The notes under the pieces are model-generated. The model made no database searches. It was not told the origin of the DNA and worked only from the letters and a program-made list of their open reading frames with translations. DNA of 63,981 nucleotides, counting the filler, from Ministeria vibrans ATCC 50519 (lineage: Eukaryota > Protista > Filasterea): the NCBI GenBank assembly GCA_943704425.1. It is 10 parts of 10 records of this genome, joined end to end, with 100 filler letters (N's around TTAATTAATTAA, not from the genome) between each part and the next. Parts side by side here need not be neighbours in the genome. Positions count along the whole stretch, not along the records: positions 49,233 to 51,262 come from CALSCP010002272.1; positions 51,363 to 58,049 come from CALSCP010000327.1; positions 58,150 to 60,641 come from CALSCP010001509.1; positions 60,742 to 62,807 come from CALSCP010000584.1; 6 more parts are not named here. The stretch is one strand, 5' to 3'. Below are positions 49,797-62,907 of the stretch, one piece after another (within the stretch, counting starts at the first letter, position 1; each line of letters begins with the position of its first letter). The translations under genes were made by a program, and so were the position numbers.

Positions 49797-51185
49797 TCAA
49801 TTTTCAGGGACTGTCGGGGCCCACACGCGTGCCAGCAAGGGGTTGAGTCGGCCCGCTTCACGCAGCCACTGGCGCATGACACGAGCCCTCTTGACTGCCC
49901 TCACTTGATAGTCTTCCAGAGTATCGTCGACATCTTCGATACGCGGGCCGTCGTACGCTTCGTCGTACAGTCGCACGATCTCGGCAAGAGAAGTTTGCTG
50001 CTGTGCGGGCTCTTTGCCTCTTCGTCCGGGACTAGTGTCACGAGGGGGCGCTCGACGCCGTCGTATATTTCCGCCTTGCGCTGATCCACCTTCGTCGTGC
50101 TCCGTCGCAGGACCCGCCGCTTCATCTCCCTTCTCTTCACCTTCCTGTGCTTCCTCGTCGATAATACTCATGCGTCCCAAGCGTTCGCGCTCTTCCGCTG
50201 TCCATATGTTGTCCTGATTCCCCCTCTCAAGCCACTCCAAAATGGCGCGCTGCAATTCAGGTGCGGTCTCGTACGCCATCTCTTCCATGTACACCGTCCC
50301 ATTGGCGTCTCGTTGCAACGAGTACCGGAAAAACGTCGTTTTTGTGTAGAGGAAGGCGGCGACGGCGAGCTCGGAAAGGATGTTGGCGCCCATGCATTCA
50401 CCCTGTGTCTGCGCTCGATTTGCGTCAACTCCGTCCCTGACTTTGAATTCGACAATGGCGACGAAGCGTGAAAGGCCGAGCGAGATTGGCTTAGCCGGAC
50501 TACGACCGAAGAAGACATGTTCCTTGTGGTTGTTGAACACCTCGCCAATGAAGCCAACGTCAGAGCCGCCAGTGCCCGTCACTTCCGGGACATCCAAGAG
50601 TGTTTTCATATTGCGTATATCCAGTGGACCACTCCACGGGTGTGCGTCGCAAAATCCGACGACCTGAAAAATAGAAATTAAGAAAAAACACAAAACGAAC
50701 GACATACCAGCTTCTCCAAATGCTGCACAAACTCGGCTTGCTGTGCGCCCTCATCGAGGTCGCAAAAGGCAAATATATCACCGTATGGTTCGAGCCTACA
50801 ATGGGCAGTACGAAGCTTGACACCAGACGCTTTCAACATCTTGGTCGCTGTCGCTGTCGTCATTTTGGAGTACGAGCATAACTCTGGTCAAAGAAGAGGC
50901 TATCAACGACAATGCTTGCTCGCGTGGTAAGGCAGTGTGGACGTACCGCTTTTCGTCTTGGGCAAGCGATCAACGATATTTCGCTCCAGGCACCTTCTCG
51001 TCCATCTTGCGACTCATGTCGTCGTTCTTTCGACTCATCTCGTCGTTCATGCCGTCCATCTTGCGACTCATCTCGTCGTTCTTTCGACTCATCTCGTCGT
51101 TCTTTCGACTACTCATCACAAGCAGCACCAACACAAGCAGCACAAGCAGCACAAGCAGCAGAGATTGCAGATCAACAGATTCCAT
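49797..51185 (-). CDS. TM/signal + heptad coiled coil + Crinkler-type PD-(D/E)xK (REase-fold) protein
   Basis: MESVDLQSLLLVLLVLLVLVLLV, (SRKNDEM)n, then GGSDVG...IVEFKV...AQTQGE. Joining exon 1 requires a 10-nt microexon at 50947-50956. Confidence 0.65.
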
Positions 51186-51499
51186 TCCAGTGCAAACGTT
51201 TTGATGATTTGATCGGTCACAGAACGACTGAACGACTGAACTGAACTGAAAACTCACTTGAANNNNNNNNNNNNNNNNNNNNNNNNNNNNNNNNNNNNNN
51301 NNNNNNTTAATTAATTAANNNNNNNNNNNNNNNNNNNNNNNNNNNNNNNNNNNNNNNNNNNNAAAGGAATGGAGGGGGAGGGGGGGCATGCATATACTTT
51401 CACTCACATGCTTTTGCACTCTCCTTGGAAGATAGATTGTCAACAGACAACATTGGCTATTAGTAACTTCCCAGCCCAGGGACTCCTTTTGTAGATAAA

Positions 51500-51990
51500 A
51501 TGGGCGTTCTCCGATTCGGCCGATTATTGCCGTTTTTGGCAATGCTTTGCATTGTCGCGGCGAATCTCGAAAAGAGCTCGCCAGACACGCCAAAGGACGA
51601 CTCGGCACAACTGTTCCTTGCGTCCGACTTGACAAGCGGTCAATCACAAACACTATCGATCGAGTTAAAGCCGAACACCAATGACAATCCTGCAGACTCG
51701 GAAAATCAGGCTCTGTTCCTTCTCGCCAAACTGAGCGCCCCCAGCACCCTCAGCACAGAGCAACATCGTTCCCTTCGCTTATCTCAAAGTCGAGAGGGTT
51801 TGTTGACGTCAGACGAAACCACCGAAGAGCTGTCGAACGCTCGCCCTGAGAAGCGTGGCGCCGACTCGGCTCTTTTCCAAAACGAAGTTCCCGTCGACGT
51901 TGAAAGTGTGTCCAGACTGATGGCGTTTTTTTATGAGGTCGCTCTCTTGGGTGAAAGCGATGACTCGAAAAAGATCGTCAAGCGATGGGG

Positions 51991-52029
<39 letters not shown>

Positions 52030-55000
52030 GCGGCGTCGTCGTCGTCGTCGTCGCCTAATTGTCTGTCCTCCTGGCAAGGTATAATTATTATTATGGAAAA
52101 AATAGCGCCTCATTTCGACGTATGTCTCATGGTAGTGGCGCAATGGCGATCCGGGTTACTGCGTTTCTTGCTCCTCTGGCCGCTATCAGCCCTATTACAA
52201 CCAGGACGGCTCAGGTGCCTGTAAATGTTGCTCCGCCGGAAAATACCAAGGAAGCACGTCTATGAGTTCGTGCCGGAATTGCGCTTCAGGTACCTACTTT
52301 TATAGCACAATGTTGGTTCTTATTGCTTGTTTCTTTAGGATACTACCAGGGTTCTACATGTCAGTCATCTTGCAGAGGCTGCACCAAGCCTCAGACGACG
52401 CTCAGCTCCGGCGCAGACTCGTGCACCTACTGCCCCGGTGGCAGGTACTTCAACTACGATAACGCGCCTACGTCCGGTTGCCGTACCTGCGACGGCGGCT
52501 ACTATATGCCGTCGAGCTCGTACTACCAAAGCCAGGCGCGCTACAGCTGCATCGCATGCCCTCAAGGCCAGTACCAGGGAAGCCAGCAGCAGGTGTCTTG
52601 CATCAACTGCCCCGCCGGTCAGTACGCAGGCCTCTTCGGCTCCAAGTACTGCGATACCTGCCCTGCCGGTACATTCTCCTTGTCGGGATCTGCATCGTGT
52701 CCAACTTGTCCGCAGGGTCGCTTCACCAGCCAGCCGGGTGCCTCTGTTTGCAACACATGCTCTCCCGGAAAGTATTCAAGTTTAGGGAGTGGCGCAACGG
52801 TCGATTGCAATGTACTTTGCCCTCAGAATCGCTTCTCGGTAAGAAGATGGAAGGTAGTGTTGGTTTTGTTCTGATTTTTTGATTAGGATGGAGTGACGCC
52901 AAACGGTGTTGTTCGCAAAACCGTTACAGTGAAGCCAGTTCCCTCACACGTCGGCTACTACGGCCAGCTCGAGCATGTTTACGGCATAGACTGCTTTGAC
53001 TGCCCCTCGCCACTCGTGTCCACAACCCTCACGGGAGCCACAGCCTGCACCACTTGCGTTGCAGGCAAGTTCTTTGATCCGGGTACCCTCGACTGTCAGT
53101 CGTGTGTCGCAGGTCGCTACTCGCCCGACGACTTTCGCTGGCACGCTCAGAACCACACGCACTGTGATCCCTGTCCACTCGGTCACTTTCTGTCGAGTGG
53201 CAACGGAGTGAGTTGCTCGCCTTGTGCAATCAACTCGTTTGCCAATGCGACGGGGCTCAGCGAGTGCTTCCCTTGCCCATCGGACACATTTGCCTCTCCA
53301 GGTGCATCCGCTTGTCTCTCATGTGCGCTTTGGCTCAACAGCACACTGTCCGCGTATCCGTTTGTCCGTGCAGACCAGAGCGCCAATGGCACAACATACC
53401 TCTGTCGCGGTCTCGATCACTGTGATGGCAGCCCTCTTCTCTCTCGCTCTACCACCCTTGTGTGTGGCCAGCCTATTGACTGCACCTGTGTACCTCCAGT
53501 CGCATTTCTGAACAGCACGTCCTGTGGTGCTGATGGCTCCGTGGCCTCAATGTCCACACTGACTGTTGACCAATGGGCAGGAGAAAGCAACCTGACAACA
53601 ATCACCTCCCTCGGCAGTGTTGTGTACATTGCAGGGCGCACCAATGGCAACTTGACTGCCACCGCCACAGCTGATGGCCTCTCTCAAGACTTATTTTTGC
53701 TTGAGATTGATGTTAAAGCAAACCGTGTCATTGACGCAGTCCAGGTCGCACGTGAAAATAGCTTCGGCAGCGACACTCCCACCCAGATGTGCTCGGGCGC
53801 AGGTCTCCTTGTCCTCGTCTCTGCCTCAAACGCGTCGCTGTCGACTGTCGTGGCCTGGACGCGCAACTCAAATGACGGACGCCTCTCCCTGCTCGCTGGC
53901 TTTCCCCTCTCCATTTACGCTCGTCTAGACTCGTGTGCGGTCGCCACCAATGGCGCCACAGTGGTGCTTGCAGGTGCTTCGCCTGGCAGCACACAGAAAA
54001 TGTGGTTCTCGCTACTCTCAGTCAGTACACTGTCACTGCACTCGACGACGACTCTCGACTCCATCGTGCCCGAGAACGAGCAAGTGTCTGTCGCTTCGGA
54101 TCAGAATGAGTTTGTTGCAATTGCCGCGAGCGATCGCCTTTGGTTTGGTCAGGCCACTGGATTGTTGCTCACCACGCTTTTGTCTGCAAACATGACCAGG
54201 ACACCGCGCTTCGAGCGCACTCACATTGCTCTCAACGACGATATAGTTGCCGTGGTGTCCAGTCGCAACGTTGCCGGTGTGCCTGCACGTGTTTTGGTGG
54301 CCACTCGTCCGTGGGGTGCGCACACTGTTGTTCCCTTTTACGTGCACATGGACTCGCTTGAGTCTGTCTTGGGTGTGTCGCTCGACAACCAGACAGTGCT
54401 GTCCATCAGCACGACCACTAAACTCGTCCGCTCTTTCAACGTGTCCAGCTCACTCGTGTACCCTCGCTTTGCTGGCATGTCAACATGGGCCGTAGAAAAT
54501 AACAATGCTTCTGTCAAACCGGACGGCGCTGTGTTGCACATTAGCTCCACGGCATACACTATTGGACACGCCAGTTCTGCTCAAGTCCACGCCTCACACA
54601 GTATTAGTGCCACCTCAACCCCTGCCCGCTACCCTCGCTTTGCCAACACGACCACTTTGTACCCCGAAGTGCCAAGCATCCTCAACGATAATATGCTCTA
54701 CCTTGCCAATGTGGCCGTGTCCGACGAGACGGGCGGTCTTCTTTCCAGCGATTCGCCTGGCACAATTCTCGCTTGGAATCTTGTGAGTGGCACCGTCCTC
54801 TTCGTCACTCAAGTGTGCTCGGACGAAGAGGCTGTAGTCAGGTCAATGGCTCTCACTGTTGGTACCCTCCACGCCGCAGGCTTAACAACAGCTCCCACCA
54901 CCAGTGTATTCTTGGCGACACTCAACAGCGAGACGGGTGAGCACACAGCTACCACGCGTCGATTCGCCTCCAGTGAAGACACCACCGTAAATGCCCTGTC

Positions 55001-58000
55001 CATTGACGCCGACGGAACAGCTGTCATCGTGGGCTCCACCCGTGCAGCAGGCTTCAACCTGACTGCCAGCCCACTTTTTAACATTCCTACAATCGCGCTC
55101 GCGTTCAATTCGTCCCCTGCCAACCAGACCAACCTCGAGAGCAATTCGACGCTGACCGCCAACACAACGTTGTCCAATTCGACGTCATCTTCCCTCAATG
55201 TGACGACACCACTGCTGTCCAATGGCACCAACACCACCTCTTCTGGTGGTGGGTTCGACGCGGGTATCGATGGCTATGCTCTGCTTGTCACTTGGGATGG
55301 CAATGACACTCTGGTCATGACAAACCTGGTGGGAAACGACTCGTTTTCGGACGTCAGCATTGATCTGCAGAGTTCGTCTCCGCTCGCATGGATCGCGGGC
55401 ATATGTCGGGATCCCGGCTTGCTCTCAGGCAACGACACCTCACTCGGCATGCTGCTCTCACTCAACATCTCCGACGGCTTGCTTGTTGCAAGCTACACGT
55501 CGGCGAGTGTCTTCGTGTCGTCGTACTCGCATGTCGTTGCGCACGACTCTGTTGCCTATGTCACCAGCTCTATCAAAGAAGTCTCATCATGCCATTCCTC
55601 GCCATGTGAGAACGGTGGGAGTTGCACCGGTCAAGCCGCGCAGAAGTATGTTTGTGCCTGTCCCGTGGGCTACTCGTATGGAACTCACTGCGAATTTCTT
55701 GTCGACTTTTGCACCTCGTCTCCGTGTCAGCACAATGGGACGTGTGCCAACAATGAATGCACCTGTACTCCCGAGTTTATAGGCGAATACTGTCAGTACG
55801 TCAACCCCTGCTTTGGTGCGTGTAGTGCCAACTCCACATGCGAGTCATTCACTGCGCAGACCATCATGGCCCTGTCCGCCGTGGGTGAGAACATGCTCAA
55901 CGGCACATTCACCTTCAACACGACCAGCGTGGTTTCAGACTCAGACTACTTGCCGTTCATGACACTAACCGTCGTGTCGCGCGGAGACTTTGGCGTGGGA
56001 GTGTTGAACATCACCAGCGGCAATACTACGCTTGTTATTCCCACACCACAACAGTGCTCCGTTCAGGTTGAGACCTTCCAGCTGACTCGAGAGCAAATGG
56101 ATTTGTTGTCGACCGAGTCAGAGTCTGTCATCATCCTGGAGACTTCCTCCATTGCGTCGCTTTTGCCTGGTGCAAACTGCTCGACCCAGATCAACATGAC
56201 GCTGAGCAACGATGCATTGGTGCTATGCACCTGCGACCCAGGATGGACAGGCGCCACCTGTGACATCAGCATCAACGACTGCTCATCGGCACCTTGCGTC
56301 AACGGCGGCGTGTGCTCGGATGCGCACCTTGCCTTCGCTTGCATCTGTGTCGATGGCTACACGGGCGAGCAGTGTGAGTCAGAGATCATCGAGTGTGCCT
56401 CATCGCCGTGCGCCAGCAATGCCACCTGCGTCGAAGCTGTTGACAATTTTATTTGTCTCTGCCCTGCCGGATCGACAGGACTCTCGTGTGAGTCCGTCAT
56501 TGACTTGTGTGCGAGCGAACCGTGCCTGAACAATGGCACATGCACCTCGAACGCAGGTGTCCTCTTCTCTTGCGACTGTTTTGCTGACTTTGGCGGCCCT
56601 GTGTGCAACACGACACTGTTCGACAAAGGCGGTAGCTCCAACAGCACCGAGGGCGGTGAACGGCGTCGTCGCCGACGAGATGCAGGCGTCAACGTTCTGA
56701 ATCGCTATGCGACTTTGAATCGCTTCGTTTTGAGCACAAATGGCGCGATCACGTTTGATAGCCAGGTGACAGTCACTGAAGGTTCTCTGCAGTCGATTCG
56801 TCTTGACGCAAACTCGACCACGGTGGTGGTGGGCGGAGCGCTCTCGTTGCCTTCTGTAGCGTTTGGCCATCAGCTGAACATTTCAGGTCTGTTTCAAGCG
56901 TCGCTCTCTGTGGCAGACCTATCCTTTGTCTCGAGCGCGGCCGTTGGTACGGCTCTGTCGGGCTCAGTGTCATTGGTGCATGTGGCAGCAGACGGCACTC
57001 TGATGGCGATTGTGAACGAGGACGCATCGCGCTCGCTTGTGTCCACCATTGTGGATCCTCCCACAACCACAACCACAACGTGTCGCATCTGTCCCACGGG
57101 CACTTATTGGAGTGTTAGCTCTCCAGAGACCTGCACTTTGTGTCCCCTTGGCACCTACTCATCGAGTGAGGGTATCACCGTCTGTGAGGAGTGCTTGCGC
57201 AACCCGTTCCTTCCAGTGGGCAGCAGTGAGTGTGTCTGTGCAGACCCTACGCGGAGTGGGTACTTTTGCGACCGACCTGCCCCATGCTGGCCCAACCCCT
57301 GTGTTCATGGTGCGTGTACTGCGCATGCGAATGACTCGAGCGTTTTTGTGTGCGACTGCGATGGTCTGTACACTGGTCAGGCTTGCGAGACGACTATTGA
57401 CGTGTGTGCTGCGGAACCCTGTTTGCACAATGGCACCTGCTTGAACGCGGGTATTCTTCAGTACGCCTACTGTGTGTGCACTCCTTTCTACAACGGCACC
57501 GCCTGTGAAGAGGATGTTGACGAGTGTCTCGACGCAAACATATGTGCCAACAACGGAACATGCACCAATCTGTTTGGCGATTACAATTGTACGTGCACCC
57601 CCGGTTGGACGGGCAAGACATGTGATGTAGGTATTGACGACTGCGAGAGCAATCCTTGTCAACACAATTCCACATGTGTTGATGGCCACATTTCCTACAC
57701 TTGTACCTGCCTTGCGGGCTACACGGATACTCACTGCGCATCAAACATTGACGAGTGTGCCTCGTCGCCGTGTCAGAATGGTGGCAACTGCACCGACGGC
57801 GTGGCCTCATATGTGTGTTCGTGTGTGTTTGGCTGGATCGGTGACGTGTGCGATATTGACTGGAACCCATGCTACTCGTCGCCTTGTCAGAATGGAGCCT
57901 CTTGTGCCCACACGAGCGATGATCTTTTGTTCAATTGCACATGTTCTGTGGGATATACGGGTGCGCTTTGTGAGCTGAACGTGGATGAGTGTGCGTCGTC

Positions 58001-58049
58001 TCCGTGCCAGAATGGTGCCACGTGTGCCGACGGATTAGATGGTTACCTG
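51500..58049 (+). CDS. Very large secreted/surface protein: signal peptide, propeptide, poly-Arg, CxxCxxG (GCC2/GCC3-type) repeats, beta-rich region and Ca-binding EGF repeats; 3' partial
   Basis: MGVLRFGRLLPFLAMLCIVAA, KR|WG(R)21, C..CP.G.Y repeats, DECASSPCQNGG EGF repeats, many NxS/T sequons. Confidence 0.85.
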
Positions 58050-58149
58050 NNNNNNNNNNNNNNNNNNNNNNNNNNNNNNNNNNNNNNNNNNNNTTAATTA
58101 ATTAANNNNNNNNNNNNNNNNNNNNNNNNNNNNNNNNNNNNNNNNNNNN

Positions 58150-60575
58150 TCGACACGCACTCGTCGATGTTGGTGGCACAATGAGTGTCGGTAAATCCAG
58201 ATGCACAGGTACACACGTAGCCGTTGATGAGATCGTTGCAGGTCGCGCCGTTTTGGCATGGGTTCGACGCACACTCGTCAATGTTCGACTCACACTGGGC
58301 ACCGACAAAGCCAACGACGCACGCACAGCTGTACCCGTTGATTGTATCGGTACACGTTGCGCCATTGGCACACGGCATCGACACACACTCATTCACGTTT
58401 GCCTCGCAGTGCACTCCTGTAAACCCGGCAACACAGCTGCACTCGTACGACTGAACACCATCGTTGCAAGTGGCGCCATTAGCACAGGGAGAGGAGGGAC
58501 AGTCATCGACATTGATGTCGCAGTTGTCACCCACAAATCCCCCTTCGCACACACACACATAACCATTGGCACCGTCAAAGCACACGCCATGGCCGCACGG
58601 ACTCGAAGCGCACTCGTCGAGACTCGTCTCACAGTGGGTCCCCGTAAATCCAGCCTGACACACGCATGTGTATCCGTCCACTGAGTCAACGCAAGTAGCA
58701 CTCGACACACACGGATTGGACGCGCACTCGTCAACGTCACCGCTGCATGTTGCTCCGGTAAATCCAGTGGCACACACACATGTGAAGGCATTGTTGTTGT
58801 CGATGCAAGTGCCGCCGTTTGCACATGGATTCGATGCGCACTCATCTATGTTGGTGGAGCACATGCTGTCCGTAAAGCCCGACGCACAGGAGCAGGTGTA
58901 GCCATTGACGGCGTCAGTACATGTACCGCCATTGGCACACGGTACTGAAGCGCACTCGTTAATGTTTACCTCACAATGTGCACCCGTGAACCCGGCAACG
59001 CAGGTACACGTGAAGCCATCAACTGTGTTCGTGCACACGCCACTGTTGCGACAGGGACTTGAAGCACACTCATTGATGTCTTCGTCGCAGTCAGAGCCAG
59101 TAAATCCGCTGGGGCACAAACACTGCCACAAGTTGGTTGTGTGCACACAGGTGGCGCCTGCAGAACAAGGCGACGACGAGCACTCGTCAATGTCGTTGGC
59201 ACATGTCGGGCCGGTGAATCCAGAGTCGCACAGACAAAAGAAGGCATCGTGCGAGTCGAAGCAGAGGCCATTGATGCACGGTGACGACGTGCACTCGTTC
59301 AACTGGCTACTACACAGAGTGCCGGTAAAGCCGGAGGCACACTGACACGAGAAGCCGTCGAGTAGATCGGAGCAAGTGGCGCCGTTCTGGCATGGACTCG
59401 ATGTGCACTCGTTGCTTTCCGCCTCGCACGTCGTCCCGACAAACCCTGACGCACACACACAGGTAACCTGTGACACGCCGTCAATGCAGGTGGCGCCATT
59501 GGTGCAAGGTGACGAGAGGCACTCGTTGATGTCGCTCTCGCAGAGGGTGCCGGTGTAGCCAGGAGGACACGAGCAGGTGTGCTCCGTGAACGTGACAGAC
59601 GTGCAGGTGGCGCCGTTGGCACATGGATTGGATCCACACGAGGTCAACGACGTCTGGCACACGTCGCCGGTGTATTCGGCGTCGCAGGCACACGATACAC
59701 CAATGATGCCGTCGCCCACGAGCACTTCGGTGCAGTTGCCGTGGCCATTGCATGTCGTTGGCTTGCATACGCCACCAGACTGAAAGTAATAAAGCGAGTC
59801 AATGATCTCTTTGATACCACCGATGGCCGAAGAGAACCAGAGTAGACGCGCCTCCGCCTGCCCCGTCTTCTCAATGTATTCCATGACAATTGGGTAAAAC
59901 TGGCCGGCTTGAAGAGTGAAGTCTTTCAGTGACTTCCACTCGTGATAGCCGGTGGCGTTGGTTGACGCGTCGTCCAAGACGGATGATCCATTAAAGTACA
60001 GTGTCGTTGCATCGTCTACCTGTGCATACAGCGTATACACACCCGACTGGGGCGGTGTGATGGCGCCCCGATACCGCACACTGAACTACACACACCAATT
60101 CATGGGAATACGAAATATACAAAAATGGAAGTAAAAGAACGAATTTTGAGTATCCAACGGGCAGAAATAAGTGACGTTGCGTTACATAGTTGGCGGGAAG
60201 AGAGGGGTGGAGAAAGCCGTTGGCGGTGAGGAAAAAGTTGACGTCGTCCTCGATGCGCGTGAGAGCGGCGGGTGGCTGAAGGTGGGCGTTGGCGAACATG
60301 TCTGCAATGATGCCTGCACGGGAGAGAAGGGGAGACGACACCGAATACGAGGCGTTAGTTGCTTGGCGTGAGACGTGTGGTGTCAGAGTGGAGAGCTGTA
60401 GCAGCGGAGCGCGAGTGGGAGAGCGCGCTGTCAATAAGGGTTGTCTCGTCGCTAAGGAACCGGCATGAACGAAAACGGATGGGCTTGGAGCTTGCAATTG
60501 GGCCAGGGCATACGGCTCAGTACAGCGCGTGGGTAGAGTCAGGACGAATGCTGACTGCGTGCGGTTGGACGGCTG
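58150..60575 (-). CDS. PA14 domain followed by at least 14 Notch/fibropellin-like EGF repeats; 3' partial, 5' end unresolved
   Basis: FSVRYRGAITPPQSGVYTLYAQVDD...FYPIVMEYIEKTG.AEARLLW (PA14), then tandem NIDECASNPC.NG.TC repeats. Confidence 0.88.
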
Positions 60576-61080
60576 TGGTGTCACAATTTTTTCACACTTT
60601 TCAAAAAAAAATCGTAATGGCAAAAAAAAAAAAAATAGACGNNNNNNNNNNNNNNNNNNNNNNNNNNNNNNNNNNNNNNNNNNNNTTAATTAATTAANNN
60701 NNNNNNNNNNNNNNNNNNNNNNNNNNNNNNNNNNNNNNNNNAAAAAAAAAAGAGAAATGAACGAATAGAGAAAAGGAAAGGAGTAGGGGTGGTGGTGATG
60801 AGAGAGATGGAAGGAGGAGGGTGGAGAGGCGGGGGAAGGAGGAGAACGGCAGGGCGCAGGGCGGTGTGGGGAGGCGCAAAGGGCCAGAGACGACGGCACG
60901 TTGTCTGGTGCGCTGGCCCAATTGCGCCTGGACGCGCGCCGCAACGGCAGCCTCCGGGCAGCGGGGCGGCATGGACCGAGGCAGGACAGCCCGGTGCAAC
61001 ACACAGCGAGACAGCAGAGGACGCGACAAAGTCACAAAGACCCTTTCGATGCACAACGAGAGATATCCGTCGCTTCGTAC

Positions 61081-61117
61081 TCTGGTTATGGTTCGTGTGG
61101 TTCTTGGACTTCGCCAT
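61081..61117 (-). CDS. RPL29: 60S ribosomal protein eL29, first exon; the remainder is lost in the gap
   Basis: MAKSKNHTNHNQ followed by a GT donor. Confidence 0.88.
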
Positions 61118-61272
61118 TCTGCCAGAAAATGCAACAAAAAAAAGAGGCTTTCACTTTGCACTTTTGACTTTGGCAATTCTCGATCACTCTGGTTGAAAAA
61201 CTTGAAAACTTCATTTGGTGAACATTTACTCAAGTAACTCAACACTTTTCTTATATCCACCGCTTGTACACG

Positions 61273-62710
61273 ATGATGAACCCTATGATGATGGGCCGGG
61301 GGGGCATGCCTCAGCCGGGCCAAGACACCCCCTTGGTCGACACAGCCGAGACCGTTCATCTGTCGTCGTTGAGTCTCATCAAAATGCTCAAACACGGCCG
61401 TGCTGGAGTCCCTATGGAGGTACCAATAGCTCAGCGGTGTGCCATCGGCTGATGTACACCCACCTTCCCGCTCACAACGAACCTTTTGTGTTTGCAAAAA
61501 CTGCAGAACAAAAAAAAAAAAAAAATCTTCGCGATTGTTTCAAATAAAGCAAACGAAGCTCAACTGATTCTCTCCGTTTTGTCGCTCTCTCTCTCTCTGT
61601 GGCGGCGTCTTTCTCCGCATGTAGGTCATGGGGTTGATGCTGGGCGAGTTCATCGACGACTACTCCATCAAGGTTGTCGATGTGTTTGGTACGAAGCACA
61701 ACTCAAAAACTTATCCTTTACTTTCTTTTTTTTCTCTTCTTTTTTTTTCACTGACTTTTTGTCATTTTTCCACCCTTTTGACGCATCGCAGCCATGCCGC
61801 AGTCCGGCACGGGTGTCAGCGTTGAGGCAGTGGATCCGGTGTTCCAGACGGAGATGCTGGAGGCGCTCGCCATGGTCGGGCGTCCTGAAATTGTTGTGGG
61901 CTGGTACCATTCGCATCCGGGCTTTGGCTGCTGGCTGTCGGGCGTCGACATCAACACGCAGCAGTCCTTTGAGCAGCTCAACGACCGTGCCGTTGCCGTT
62001 GTTGTCGATCCCATTCAGAGTGTAAAAGGAAAGGTACGTGGACCAACATGACTCTCATCCTGATGCAAATTGATTTGGCCTCCTTCACACTGTCACAGGT
62101 TGTCATTGACTGTTTCCGCCTGATCAATACGCAAATGCTTGTGCTTGGTCAAGAGCCTAGACAGACCACGTCCAATCTGGGTCACTTGCACAAGCCGTCG
62201 ATGCAGGCTCTCGTGCACGGTCTCAACCGCCACTACTACAGCATTGCCATTGACTACCGCAAAAACGCACTCGAACAGAAAATGCTGCTCAACCTCAACA
62301 AGAAGAACTGGACTGCAGGTAATCAATCATACCGCTTCCTTGGTTTTGCGAGTATAAACGCATATTTATTCTCTTTGTGTGTGTGTGTGTGTGCGTGCGT
62401 GTGTATTGCTTAGGACTGTCTCTTCTTGACTACACCAAACACAGTCAGAACAACACAGACGCAATGAGCGAACTGCTCGCTCTCTCAAAGGCCTATCACA
62501 AAGTAAAATTCACACACCGCACGACCCACTGACTGACATGCATTTATGTAGTACGTGGAGGAAGAAGAGACACTGAAGCCTGAAGAAATTGCAATTCGCA
62601 ATGTGGGCAAAAAGGACCCGAAACGGCACTTGGCCGAGCAAGTCAGTGCGCTCATGACGAGCAACATTGTCCAGACTCTCACTGCCATGCTTGACTCTGT
62701 AGTTTTTTAA
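61273..62710 (+). CDS. PSMD14: 26S proteasome deubiquitinase Rpn11
   Basis: [35 protein letters not shown]; JAMM motif [19 protein letters not shown]. Confidence 0.97.
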
Positions 62711-62907
62711 AACTCACTCCTGTTTTATTTTATTTCTTAACATTGTCCAGACTCTCACTGCCATGCTTGACTCGGTAGTTTTTTAAAACTCACTCCTGTT
62801 TTATTTTNNNNNNNNNNNNNNNNNNNNNNNNNNNNNNNNNNNNNNNNNNNNTTAATTAATTAANNNNNNNNNNNNNNNNNNNNNNNNNNNNNNNNNNNNN
62901 NNNNNNN

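Noticed and set aside
50912-51244. Plus-strand repetitive ORF with a presequence-like start
   Set aside because: It is better explained as the antisense of the TM + heptad exon.
52893-60079. Convergent EGF genes as one locus or inverted duplication
   Set aside because: They lie on different contigs separated by a linker.
60760-61080. snoRNA in the RPL29 intron
   Set aside because: The intron is long and GC-rich, but no convincing C/D or H/ACA boxes were found by eye.
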